Shown one piece after another: positions 30,464-40,316 of a stretch of 64,000 nucleotides of DNA; the first letter of the stretch is position 1, and each line of letters begins with the position of its first letter. The DNA is from a virus. Below the pieces are notes generated by a model. It did not search any database and had not been told where the DNA came from. It worked only from the letters and a program-made list of their open reading frames with translations. The stretch is taken from positions 32,001 to 96,000 of the IMG/VR virus record IMGVR_UViG_3300021964_012561; one strand, 5' to 3'. Made by a program: the position numbers and the translations under genes.

Positions 30464-31072
30464 ATGAAATTAAATCGATTACAATTAAGAAAAATAATTT
30501 TACAAGAAATTCAAAGTTCAATAGACGAAGAGATAATATTTGCAAAAGATGGTTATTTAAACTATGGCATGCAATCTCAACATGATCAAGGCCATGTATA
30601 TAGATCTAAATGTTCTGAATGTGGCTCAAAAATGTATGAAGGTGACAAAGTTTGTGAACAATGTGGTTATTCTATGGCAGAAGAAGAAACACGCAAAGAA
30701 TACATAAGCGAGGGTGCTTGTGGCGGTTGTGGATCATGTAGTACTTGCGGCGAAGATGACGGATCAGATTATTCAATAGATACAATGGGAATGGTAGGGG
30801 ACGCATTACATGCTTTAAATGACGCAGGTTACAATGTTGATGCAACAAAAAGAAAAGACTATAAAATAGGTAATCATAAAATATTTAAAGGGTCGTATAT
30901 GGCAAAAAGTCACCTATACAAAGTCAATAAATATTCAGAAAAGCTTTACCATATGATACCAGACGGTCATAATCTTGAAGACTGGATGAGAACAAAATTA
31001 GCACAAATAGCTGATGACATTGGTGAAGTTTATCACGCATTAGATCATGATATATTTGAGGGTGATGTATAA
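30464..31072 (+). CDS. Cys-rich protein with shared N-terminal leader (putative internal head protein)
   Basis: MKLNRLQLRKIILQE leader; CSEC, CEQC, CGGCGSCSTC; C-terminal helical GSYMAKSHL...LEDWMRTKLAQ domain. Confidence 0.6.
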   Translation: MKLNRLQLRKIILQEIQSSIDEEIIFAKDGYLNYGMQSQHDQGHVYRSKCSECGSKMYEGDKVCEQCGYSMAEEETRKEYISEGACGGCGSCSTCGEDDGSDYSIDTMGMVGDALHALNDAGYNVDATKRKDYKIGNHKIFKGSYMAKSHLYKVNKYSEKLYHMIPDGHNLEDWMRTKLAQIADDIGEVYHALDHDIFEGDV

Positions 31073-32347
31073 ATGCCTTATTTACTCCAGGATCTTTTTG
31101 AAGAAACAAAAAATCACGGAATAAGAAAAAAAGATAAAAAAAGAATGGCAAGATCTTGTAAATACATTAAAAATTACAAGCTGCTACCTGAATTAAAGTG
31201 CCCAGATCCAACGAGTAAATTGCATAAACAAGACGTAGAAGAATTGCTTAGCTACTATCATAATCCAACACTTCCTGAAAAGTTCTTAACTAAGTCTCAT
31301 GAGTCTGTTAAAAAGTTATTTAAAGATTATTGTAAAGACAACAATTTAAAGCCCAGCTGGAAACAAATTGATGATTATAAAAAAGATGTAAGTACAATAA
31401 TTTCACACTTAAAATACAGACATAATAGACCTAGGCCAAAAGAATTTTTAGGTGAAGAATACGATGAAATTAGTGACATGTTTAATCCTTCATTTCCTAG
31501 CGGTCATACAGCTTCTGCATATTTTTTTGCTGAAATGTTATCTTGCATTTATGAAAATCATAGGCAAGAATTAAAAAAATTAGCACGTTTAATAGGACAA
31601 TCTAGGCTTGAAAATGGAGTACATTTCCCATCAGACATTCTTTATGGACGTTTTATTGGAGAAACATTAGCGGGATTATGTAAAGAACAAGGGCTACATA
31701 AAGATTTAATTGACTTTGAGCTTAAGAAAAACGATACAAAAAATTGTAAAGAGTATCTACTTAATAAATTCAAAGATCCTGAACAATTAAAGAATAACAT
31801 TACTGAATTTATCATACGATCAAATGAAATAGAAAAAATTAATGTAGATTATCAAGAATGCATTAATGCTGTTGATAACTTTTTATCAGGATATCGACTA
31901 GAGAAATGCTCTAAAAATAAAGATATTATGTCACATTTAAAAGGCATTGTCGTTGCTCACAAATTACACCCTATTGATAATCCGTATAAAATGATTTTAG
32001 TTCATAAGGCTTTTGATAAATCTTGTTTAGACAAAGGCAGCCCAGGAGAACTAAGGTTTGAGCAAGGTTTTTCAAGTACATCAGGTAATAAGTACGCATC
32101 ACCTGAAAAAATAATTCCTTATTTGACAAAAATTAACAATCATAAAAATGATTATGTCAAACACATTTTGTATGAATGGGTTCATCCATTTAATGACGGT
32201 AATGGAAGGTCTGGCAGGATTATTTTACTCTGCAATTCAGATTTTGACTTTGACAACGTTTTAGATTTTTGTGGTGACAATTACATTAGTTACATTGTTG
32301 ATTACATTAACCACTTTAAAGATTTAAATAAGTTATTATTTGTGTAA
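31073..32347 (+). CDS. PAP2-superfamily phosphatase fused to a Fic domain
   Basis: PAP2 motifs KYRHNRPRP, PSFPSGH, SRLENGVHFPSDI; Fic motif HPFNDGNGRSGR. Confidence 0.85.
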   Translation: MPYLLQDLFEETKNHGIRKKDKKRMARSCKYIKNYKLLPELKCPDPTSKLHKQDVEELLSYYHNPTLPEKFLTKSHESVKKLFKDYCKDNNLKPSWKQIDDYKKDVSTIISHLKYRHNRPRPKEFLGEEYDEISDMFNPSFPSGHTASAYFFAEMLSCIYENHRQELKKLARLIGQSRLENGVHFPSDILYGRFIGETLAGLCKEQGLHKDLIDFELKKNDTKNCKEYLLNKFKDPEQLKNNITEFIIRSNEIEKINVDYQECINAVDNFLSGYRLEKCSKNKDIMSHLKGIVVAHKLHPIDNPYKMILVHKAFDKSCLDKGSPGELRFEQGFSSTSGNKYASPEKIIPYLTKINNHKNDYVKHILYEWVHPFNDGNGRSGRIILLCNSDFDFDNVLDFCGDNYISYIVDYINHFKDLNKLLFV

Positions 32348-32370
32348 GTTTTAAAATTTTTGGTTATAAT
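32342..32370 (+). promoter_or_regulatory. Sigma70-type promoter
   Basis: GTGTAA (32342-32347), 17 nt, perfect TATAAT (32365-32370), upstream of 32394 and the SbcDC gene. Confidence 0.5.
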
Positions 32371-32393
32371 AATAACAACTAAAGGGTGTAATT

Positions 32394-32795
32394 ATGGCTA
32401 AAATTAAAAGAAGCATATTAAAAGATATTAAAAAAGCTGCTCGTGAAATTAAAAATCAAGAAGCTAAAGAAAATAAGTCAGAAAATAAACCGCAGTACCA
32501 AACTCAACTATCTTATGGTCAAAGACGTCAAATAAGAGAAGAAGCTTTTAATGACCATAAAGTTAAAGTAACATGGAATATTCATCCTGGTGACTTAGTT
32601 AAGATTAAAGCTAGCGCCTCACCAACTGGCGCTGCCATATATGGCTTGGTAACATGGGGTATTAAAGAAACAATTCAAAGAGCACCATATTTAGGACACC
32701 AAAAAAGCCTGTCTTGGTATGATAGTAAAATTAGAGTAATGTCACCAGCTGGTTATTATTTTTGTGTAGCTAGCGGAATGATTGTAATTAGTTAA
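32394..32795 (+). CDS. Hypothetical protein (possible SH3/KOW-like C-terminus)
   Basis: 133 aa; basic N-terminus; 'IHPGDLVKI...YGLV'. Confidence 0.55.
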   Translation: MAKIKRSILKDIKKAAREIKNQEAKENKSENKPQYQTQLSYGQRRQIREEAFNDHKVKVTWNIHPGDLVKIKASASPTGAAIYGLVTWGIKETIQRAPYLGHQKSLSWYDSKIRVMSPAGYYFCVASGMIVIS

Positions 32796-32803
32796 GGAGA
32801 AAC

Positions 32804-35800
32804 ATGAGAATAATTCATATTGCTGATGTACATTGGCGAGGTTTGTCGCGCCACGAAGAATACATTTTAGCGTTTAAAGATTTTTTTAAAAAAGCAAAAG
32901 CTTTAAAACCTGATGTAATTTACATTGGTGGTGACATTGTTCATTCTAAAACACAAGGAATATCACCAGAATTAATTCAATGTTTATCTTGGTGGTTTAA
33001 TGAAATGGCTAAGGTAGCACCAACGCATGTTATTTTAGGTAATCATGATGGATTAATCTTAAACAAGGATAGACAAGATACGATATCACCTATTATTAAA
33101 GCCCTTAACAATCCAAATATTTACCTTTATAAAGAAAGCGGAAGTTATGAAATTTTAAACCATCCTGGTTATTATTGGCATGTTTTTTCTTGTTTTGATG
33201 AAAAAGGTTGGGACAATGTAAAACCAAAAGAAGATTCTGTCAATATTGCTTTATACCATGGTGCTGCATACGGCTCTTTAACAGATACAGACTGGCAATT
33301 AGAAGGCGAAATATCAAAAGGAATGTTTAAGGGTTTTGATTTTGCGCTTTTAGGTGACATTCATAAACGTCAATTTCTTAACGAAGAAAAAACTGTGGCC
33401 TATTGTGGTTCTACTATACAACAGAATTATGGAGAAACCATCGATAAAGGTTTTTTATGTTGGGATATTAGAGGTAAAGGGGACTTTGATGTAGAGTTTC
33501 ACAGAGTTCAACCAGTACATCCTTTCTATACAGTTGAATGGTTAGGTAGCGTTGAAGAAACACTTGATTATTGTGAAAACTTACCTAGGCAATCAAAAAT
33601 AAGAATACGAGCTGACAACTTTATTTCACAATCAGATACGCGAAGGTTAAGAAAACTACTTAAAAAATCTTTAAATGCTGCTGAGGTTGTATATAAAATC
33701 GATTCTAAGTTTGATGCTGAACATGTTGTTGACGAAACAAATAAAAATGCAATAAATCTTCGTAATGCTGACATCCACAAAGATCTTTTAAGGAATTATT
33801 ATGCAACACAGAATCTATTAAAAGAAGATTGGCAAAAAATAGATGATTTGGTAGAAAAATATGTAGATCAGCTAGGTGGAGCTGAAGACGGTAGAAATAT
33901 AAAATGGACAATAGATGAATTGAGGTTTGACAATGCATTTTCATACGGGAAAGATAATTACATTAATTTTAAATCGTTACCAGGAATTACAGGTATTTTT
34001 GGCAGAAACGCAAGAGGAAAGTCATCTATTATTGGAACAGTTGCCTATTCTCTTTTTAACACTTCTGATCGAGGTTCAATAAAAAATCTTCACCTTATTA
34101 ATACACGCTATAATAACTGCAAGGCTGAAATTGACATTACTATTAATGGTATACCACATCGCATTGTTCGTCAAACTGTCAAAAAGGTAACTAGGAAGAA
34201 CGTGTGGGCACCTACAACACTTAAGTTTTATCGATTAGATAAATATGGTGAAATAGTAGAAGACCTCACAGATGAACAACGTCGTGAAACAGAAAAGATA
34301 GTCAGAAAAAAGATAGGAACTGCAGAAGAGTTTTTAATGACATCTTTAGCTTCTCAAGGTGAAATGAATACTTTTGTAAAGGAAAAAGCTGCAGCAAGAA
34401 AGCTGCATTTAGCTAATTTTCTTGACTTAGGTGTATTTGATAAGCTTTATGACATGGTTAAAAAAGATTCAAATGAGCTTAGATCTCGTGCTAATGCGTT
34501 GTCAGGCGAAAATTGGCAACAAAAAATAGATAAAAGCCAGCAGAGAATAGACGAATACCTTAAAAAGAAAGCTTTTAAAGAATTAGAAATTTCTGGTGCT
34601 AAAAAGAAACTAAAGGAGCTTAACAAAGAATATCATAAAAACGATACTGCTGATTTAATTGAAGAAAAAACCATTAAAAATCTTCATTATGAATTAATTG
34701 ACATTGATAACAAAAACAAAGAGTTTGAAAAATTACAAAAAGCAGTCGTTGAAAGTATTCTAGAAAAAGAAAACAAAATTAAAAAAATAGAAGATTTTCT
34801 AAAAACTATTAATATCGATGACATTAGATCAAAAAGAGATGCAAAAAATAAAATAGAAAGAGATCTGACAGAACTTCAAGGCTTGTACAATTTAGAAAAA
34901 AGAGAATTAGAAATTATTAAAAAGTCTGTTTCTAAGTTATCTGAAGTTCCTTGTGGTGACCGGTTTCCATCATGTAAGTTTATTAAAGAATCTCATCGCA
35001 ATAAGAAAAAATTAGAAATACAAGAAAAGAAAGTAACATTATTAAGTGTAAAACTAGATGACATTGCTGAATCATTTCAGATATATAGTAAAGATAATTT
35101 AGATGCGAAGATTAGTAAATATAATAAACTAATTCAAAGAAAATCAGAGCTAATAACAGACGTTTCTGATGTTCGCATACAAATAAGTCAATATGGTCAA
35201 AAAATAGAAAGATTAAATGACTTGTATGACGAAAAACATCAAGTGTTTATTAATCTTAAAGAAAAGTATGATTTACAAGAAGTTGACGATCAAATAACTG
35301 AATTAAACAAACAAATTAAGGCAACTGAAAAATTAATTAAAGCTCACGAAATATCTTTAACAAACATAATTCAACAATTAGCAAATTATAAAGCAAATTT
35401 TAAGCTTTATACAAAGCAAAAAAACGAATACGATAAAGCAAATGGTCAATTAAAAACATATGATATGATTGCTCAAGCTGTTTCAAGAAGAGGCATACCT
35501 GTTCAAATTATACATTCACTTCTTCCTAAAATTAATGCTGAAATTGCTAAAATTTTAAATGGTGTTGTAGGTTTTGTTGTTGAATTAGAAGCTGACTTGG
35601 AATCAAACGCAATGGACATCTATATTAACTATGGTGATTCTCGTCGTATAATAGAGTTAGGTTCAGGAATGGAAAAAATGATGGCATCTTTAGCGATACG
35701 TGTAGCATTGATTAATTGTTCTACACTTCCAAAAACAAATATGTTAATGATCGACGAAGGCTTTGGTGCGTTAGACGAAACCAATCTAGAGTCTTGCGGA

Positions 35801-35935
35801 AAACTTTTGCAATCTCTTAAAAAGTGGTTTAAAAACATACTTATTATTTCTCATATTGATGCAATTAAAGATGTTGTTGACAACACTATAGAAATTAGGA
35901 AAAACGGAGTTGACTCTTATGTTTACCAACAATAA
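32804..35935 (+). CDS. sbcDC: Fused SbcD(Mre11/gp47)-SbcC(Rad50/gp46) recombination nuclease-ATPase
   Basis: Metallophosphoesterase motifs HIADVH, GGDIVH, LGNHD, LGDIH; Walker A GRNARGKSS, SQG Q-loop, coiled coil, GSGMEK signature, Walker B MLMIDEGFG, ISH. Confidence 0.9.
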   Translation: MRIIHIADVHWRGLSRHEEYILAFKDFFKKAKALKPDVIYIGGDIVHSKTQGISPELIQCLSWWFNEMAKVAPTHVILGNHDGLILNKDRQDTISPIIKALNNPNIYLYKESGSYEILNHPGYYWHVFSCFDEKGWDNVKPKEDSVNIALYHGAAYGSLTDTDWQLEGEISKGMFKGFDFALLGDIHKRQFLNEEKTVAYCGSTIQQNYGETIDKGFLCWDIRGKGDFDVEFHRVQPVHPFYTVEWLGSVEETLDYCENLPRQSKIRIRADNFISQSDTRRLRKLLKKSLNAAEVVYKIDSKFDAEHVVDETNKNAINLRNADIHKDLLRNYYATQNLLKEDWQKIDDLVEKYVDQLGGAEDGRNIKWTIDELRFDNAFSYGKDNYINFKSLPGITGIFGRNARGKSSIIGTVAYSLFNTSDRGSIKNLHLINTRYNNCKAEIDITINGIPHRIVRQTVKKVTRKNVWAPTTLKFYRLDKYGEIVEDLTDEQRRETEKIVRKKIGTAEEFLMTSLASQGEMNTFVKEKAAARKLHLANFLDLGVFDKLYDMVKKDSNELRSRANALSGENWQQKIDKSQQRIDEYLKKKAFKELEISGAKKKLKELNKEYHKNDTADLIEEKTIKNLHYELIDIDNKNKEFEKLQKAVVESILEKENKIKKIEDFLKTINIDDIRSKRDAKNKIERDLTELQGLYNLEKRELEIIKKSVSKLSEVPCGDRFPSCKFIKESHRNKKKLEIQEKKVTLLSVKLDDIAESFQIYSKDNLDAKISKYNKLIQRKSELITDVSDVRIQISQYGQKIERLNDLYDEKHQVFINLKEKYDLQEVDDQITELNKQIKATEKLIKAHEISLTNIIQQLANYKANFKLYTKQKNEYDKANGQLKTYDMIAQAVSRRGIPVQIIHSLLPKINAEIAKILNGVVGFVVELEADLESNAMDIYINYGDSRRIIELGSGMEKMMASLAIRVALINCSTLPKTNMLMIDEGFGALDETNLESCGKLLQSLKKWFKNILIISHIDAIKDVVDNTIEIRKNGVDSYVYQQ

Positions 35936-36179
35936 GATAGTTTTTATTGACAAAACAAAAGAAAAAGATAACTTTTTTTGTGAAATTTGTAGCTATTCAT
36001 TAATTACAAAAGAAGATTTTGACACAAATGAAAAATATGATTGTTGTTATAATTGTTTCTTAAAATTCATAGAAAGTAGAAAAAAAGAATGGTTAGCAGG
36101 TTGGAGGCCCTCCAAAGATCAGTTAAGCAGCTATTTAAAAGAAAGAAAACAAATTTCTGAAAAGATAATTAAGATTTAA
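35919..36179 (+). CDS. Small zinc-finger protein
   Basis: CEIC...CCYNC...GWRP; ATG 35919 has GGAG SD (track start 35910). Confidence 0.6.
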   Translation: MFTNNKIVFIDKTKEKDNFFCEICSYSLITKEDFDTNEKYDCCYNCFLKFIESRKKEWLAGWRPSKDQLSSYLKERKQISEKIIKI

Positions 36180-36190
36180 AAGGAGAAAAA

Positions 36191-36622
36191 ATGGCACTAA
36201 ATTTTAAAGAAATTAACATATTAGGAAACATTACAAACGATACATACGGAAAAGGATCTACAAATTACAATGAAGAGCACAGTAGTAGATACACACATGC
36301 TAGTCAAACACTTTCTTCTGTTGTTACAAAGTCTTCCCTTCAAGGAGACGTATTAACTGTGACTAGTTTGACTGTCGTTAATCTTTCTCATATTCACACA
36401 CAACATCAAGAAATAGCAAAATGTGAAAATGAGTTAAATCAGTATATTAAAAAGTATGTCTCGAATATTAAGAAAGAATTTAAAAAGAAAGAAAATGCAG
36501 GTCGGGCTTTAAAATGCAAGCAAATTAAAGATTCTGAAAGAAATTCTGTTGAAATGATTAATCATTATGCAGAAAATAGACGAGCTATTGTAAGAAGGTC
36601 AATTGATTTTGAGGTGGGTTAA
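36191..36622 (+). CDS. Hypothetical protein upstream of terminase
   Basis: 143 aa, AGGAG SD. Confidence 0.6.
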   Translation: MALNFKEINILGNITNDTYGKGSTNYNEEHSSRYTHASQTLSSVVTKSSLQGDVLTVTSLTVVNLSHIHTQHQEIAKCENELNQYIKKYVSNIKKEFKKKENAGRALKCKQIKDSERNSVEMINHYAENRRAIVRRSIDFEVG

Positions 36623-38245
36623 TTGGCAAAAGGAACAAAAAGATCACAAGTTCAAGAAATAATCAAATGTGGAAAAGATCCTAATTATTTTTTTAAGCAT
36701 TATCTTAAGATACAGCATCCAGTGCGTGGATTAATTCCATTTGATACGTTTCCTTTTCAAGACGATTGTGTTGATCAATTTAACGAGCATCGCTTTAACA
36801 TTGTTTTAAAGTCTAGGCAGTTAGGTTTATCAACACTTGTTGCTGCATATTCAGTATGGATGGCGATATTTCAACGTGAAAAAAATATTCTTATTATTGC
36901 AACAAAACTAGCAGTTGCACAAAACTTTATTATTAAAGTTAAAACAATGATCAGGTCTTTGCCAAAATGGTTGTTAATTCCTGAAATAGTTGCTAATAAT
37001 AAACAAATAGTTCAATTCAATCACGGATCTCAAATAAAGGCAATACCAACTTCAGAAGATGCAGGTCGTTCAGAAGCATTGTCGTTACTTATTGTAGACG
37101 AGGCAGCTTTTGTTAGAAACTTTGATACAATTTGGACAGGTATTTATCCAACAATTTCTACCGGTGGGCGTGTTATTATTCTTTCTACGCCTAATGGTGC
37201 AGGAGGTCAATACTACAAATTATATGCAGATGCTGAAGCAGGCCTAAATGAATTTAATGCTATAAAATTACCTTGGGATTGTCATCCTGAGCGTGATAAA
37301 GAATGGTTTGATAAAACCACAGCAAACATGTCTCAGCGTCAAATTGCGCAAGAATATCTTTGTGATTTTACTTCATCTGGCGAAACTTTTCTTGACCCTA
37401 ATTCTCTAGAGTGGATGAGACAATGTGTCAAACCTCCTATTGCAAGAGAAGGCTTAGGTAATTCTGTATGGATATGGAAATATCCTTTGACAGAACACAA
37501 TTATATACTTTCAGCTGACGTTGCAAGAGGAGACTCAAAAGACTACTCAACATTTCACATTATTGATGTTGACGAGGGTGAAGTTGTTGCTGAATATAAA
37601 GGAAAAATTAGGCCTGATAACTTTGCAACTCTTTTAAATGAATGGGGACTAAAATACAATAAAGCTTTAATGTGCCCTGAAAATAATAGTTACGGCTTTG
37701 GAACTATTCTTAAATTACTTGAATTTAAGTATCCTAGAATGTATTATCGTAAACAATCAAAAGGAGCCTATCTTGGCGGCTATGTACCTGCAGCTGCACC
37801 TGAAAGTGCTGGTTTTAATACCAATGGTAAGACAAGAAACACAATGTTAGGAAAACTTGAAGAAGTAATAAGAAATAAACAGCTTTACGTTCCATCAAGT
37901 AGGTTTTATGAAGAAGTTAAAACATTTACTTGGCAAAGCGGAAGAGTTCAAGCTAAAAAAGGTTTTAATGATGACCTGGTTATGTCACTAGGTATTGGTA
38001 CTTGGTTGTATGATGCATCAGCAGACTATAGTAATTCATCTAAAAAGATTAATGATGCAATGTTAAATGCCTTCAGTACCAAAAGAAAAGAATATAGTGA
38101 AACTCCTGATCAAGTCTTAAGTGACACAACTGTTTTACCTGTTTTTTCTTCAAGAGGAAATGATAAAGGTATTATTAAAACAAATTTAAATAAAGCATTA
38201 AAACGAAGTAAAATACCACCAGGTATGGAATGGATATTAAAATAA
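36623..38245 (+). CDS. terL: Terminase large subunit (T4 gp17-like)
   Basis: KCGKDPNYF, LKSRQLGLST (Walker A), LLIVDEAAF (Walker B), LSTPNG, QEYLCDF; nuclease ADVARGDSKDYS, ENN, DDLVMS. Confidence 0.95.
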   Translation: MAKGTKRSQVQEIIKCGKDPNYFFKHYLKIQHPVRGLIPFDTFPFQDDCVDQFNEHRFNIVLKSRQLGLSTLVAAYSVWMAIFQREKNILIIATKLAVAQNFIIKVKTMIRSLPKWLLIPEIVANNKQIVQFNHGSQIKAIPTSEDAGRSEALSLLIVDEAAFVRNFDTIWTGIYPTISTGGRVIILSTPNGAGGQYYKLYADAEAGLNEFNAIKLPWDCHPERDKEWFDKTTANMSQRQIAQEYLCDFTSSGETFLDPNSLEWMRQCVKPPIAREGLGNSVWIWKYPLTEHNYILSADVARGDSKDYSTFHIIDVDEGEVVAEYKGKIRPDNFATLLNEWGLKYNKALMCPENNSYGFGTILKLLEFKYPRMYYRKQSKGAYLGGYVPAAAPESAGFNTNGKTRNTMLGKLEEVIRNKQLYVPSSRFYEEVKTFTWQSGRVQAKKGFNDDLVMSLGIGTWLYDASADYSNSSKKINDAMLNAFSTKRKEYSETPDQVLSDTTVLPVFSSRGNDKGIIKTNLNKALKRSKIPPGMEWILK

Positions 38246-38255
38246 AGGCAAATAA

Positions 38256-40316
38256 ATGGCAAAAGAAAATAATGGAAATTTATTTAGTAAATTAACCAGA
38301 CTCTTCAGGAGTGGTCCTGTTGTCAAACGAAAATTGGCTAATAAAACATCATCAAAAACGTCGTCTGCGTTTGAACAGTTTAGAAAAAATCAATCACAGG
38401 TTTATTCAGCAGCTATGTCTGCATATGGTACTTATGATAGAATGGCAAGATATTCAGATTTTAGTGAAATGGAGTATACTCCTGAAATTGCATCTGCATT
38501 AGACATTTATTCAGAAGAATCTGTAGCTGCGGATGAAAACGGAAAAACTTTGCACATATACTCTGAGAATTCAAAGATTAAAGAATTGTTAACAGAATTG
38601 TTTTATGATACACTAAACATTGAATTTAACATGTCATCATGGATTAGAAATTTAGTTAAATACGGTGATTTCTTTTTGTTCAATGACGTACATCCAGACC
38701 AAGGCGTTATTAACGCCTATCCTTTGCCAATTTCAGAAATAGAGAGAGAAGAAGGCTTTGATCCTAACGATCCATTAGCAGTTAGATTTAGGTGGATTAC
38801 ACAAGGCAATCAAGTTTTAGAAAATTGGCAAGTATCACACATGAGATTGTTAGGTAACGATGCATTTTTACCGTACGGATCTTCAGTTTTAGAACCTGCT
38901 CGTAGAATTTGGAGACAATTAATCTTACTTGAAGACGCAATGATGGTAATGCGAATTGTACGCGCACCGGATCGCAGGGTATTCTACATTGATGTTGGTA
39001 ACGTTCCGCCTGAAGATATACCAAACTATATGGAACAAGCACAAAGTAGTCTTAAAAGATCAGGCGTGGTTGATAAAAATAATGGTAGAGTTGATTTGCG
39101 TTATAATCCTCTTTCTATTGATGAAGATTATTTTATTCCAGTTAGAGGTGGAGATAGTGGCACTAAGGTAGATAGTGTGGCGGGTCAAGGCATATCAGGC
39201 GAAGTAAATGATGTTGAATATATTCAAAAGAAGCTTTTTGCAGCATTAAAAATACCAAAGGCATATCTTGGGTATGACGAAGGGTTAGGAGCCAAAGCAA
39301 CACTATCACAGGAAGACATTCGCTTTAGTAGAACTATAGCAAGGATTCAGAGGACTATTTTGTCCGAGATGAACAAAATTGCAATTGTTCACCTTTATTG
39401 TAATGGTTATACTGACGAAGACTTAGTTGATTTTACTTTAAAACTTTCTAACCCATCAACAATCGCTCAACAACAAAAATTAGAACTTTTTAAGTCTAGG
39501 TTTGATGCAGCATCAACAGCATTAGGTACTCCAGGGTTGGTTGACAGAACTTGGGTTCAAAAAAATATTATGCGACTCACAGATGATGAAATTAAATCAG
39601 TAGTTAAGGGCAGAATCAAAGACAAACTATTGGATTTAGAAGTTGATGCAACTCAATTAGAGCAACCTGAAGGACCGGAAAATCCTGATGTTGGAGGAAC
39701 GACAGACGTAGGCGGCGGATTTGGTGGCTTAGGAGACCTAGGTGGTGGTATGGACTCACCAGCTCCAGCTTCCCCACCTGCAGATGACCCTATAGGATCT
39801 TTGGACTTAGGAGCATTATCAGAAAAAAATAAATTAAGCTTAAAAGACGAACTAGTACCGATTAAAGTTAATCAAAGAATAAGCTCTATTTTATCTGAAA
39901 TTAAAAATGTCGATACAGAAGAAAACAAAGACGAAGATGATAATTTAACAGAATTAGAAAAATTTCAAAAAGAAAAAACAGAATCAGATAAAAAGAAACG
40001 AGAAAAGAAAAACAAATACGAGCGAAAGAATCATCTATTTGCTGATAACCACTTTAGTGAGTATCAAAGAAATCGCTTAAGAGAAAAAGATGTTTTTTAC
40101 GATGTAAAACATGAATTAAAATCTGACGTGAAGTATAAACCAGAAAATATAATGCCTGAAAATAATGACGTATTCAATGTTCAAGAATACTTAGATAATA
40201 ACATAACTGTTAATGCAGAATTCACCAATAGAATTAAATCAACATTAAGCAAGCTTGACAAAAGTTTAATTTCTGAAAATATTGATGAGGACAATAAAGA
40301 TAATGACAAAACATAA
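38256..40316 (+). CDS. gp20: Portal protein (T4 gp20-like)
   Basis: PEIASALDIY, LEDAMMVMRIVRAPDRRVFYIDVGNVPP, EDYFIPVRGG, DVEYIQKKLFAALKIP. Confidence 0.95.
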   Translation: MAKENNGNLFSKLTRLFRSGPVVKRKLANKTSSKTSSAFEQFRKNQSQVYSAAMSAYGTYDRMARYSDFSEMEYTPEIASALDIYSEESVAADENGKTLHIYSENSKIKELLTELFYDTLNIEFNMSSWIRNLVKYGDFFLFNDVHPDQGVINAYPLPISEIEREEGFDPNDPLAVRFRWITQGNQVLENWQVSHMRLLGNDAFLPYGSSVLEPARRIWRQLILLEDAMMVMRIVRAPDRRVFYIDVGNVPPEDIPNYMEQAQSSLKRSGVVDKNNGRVDLRYNPLSIDEDYFIPVRGGDSGTKVDSVAGQGISGEVNDVEYIQKKLFAALKIPKAYLGYDEGLGAKATLSQEDIRFSRTIARIQRTILSEMNKIAIVHLYCNGYTDEDLVDFTLKLSNPSTIAQQQKLELFKSRFDAASTALGTPGLVDRTWVQKNIMRLTDDEIKSVVKGRIKDKLLDLEVDATQLEQPEGPENPDVGGTTDVGGGFGGLGDLGGGMDSPAPASPPADDPIGSLDLGALSEKNKLSLKDELVPIKVNQRISSILSEIKNVDTEENKDEDDNLTELEKFQKEKTESDKKKREKKNKYERKNHLFADNHFSEYQRNRLREKDVFYDVKHELKSDVKYKPENIMPENNDVFNVQEYLDNNITVNAEFTNRIKSTLSKLDKSLISENIDEDNKDNDKT

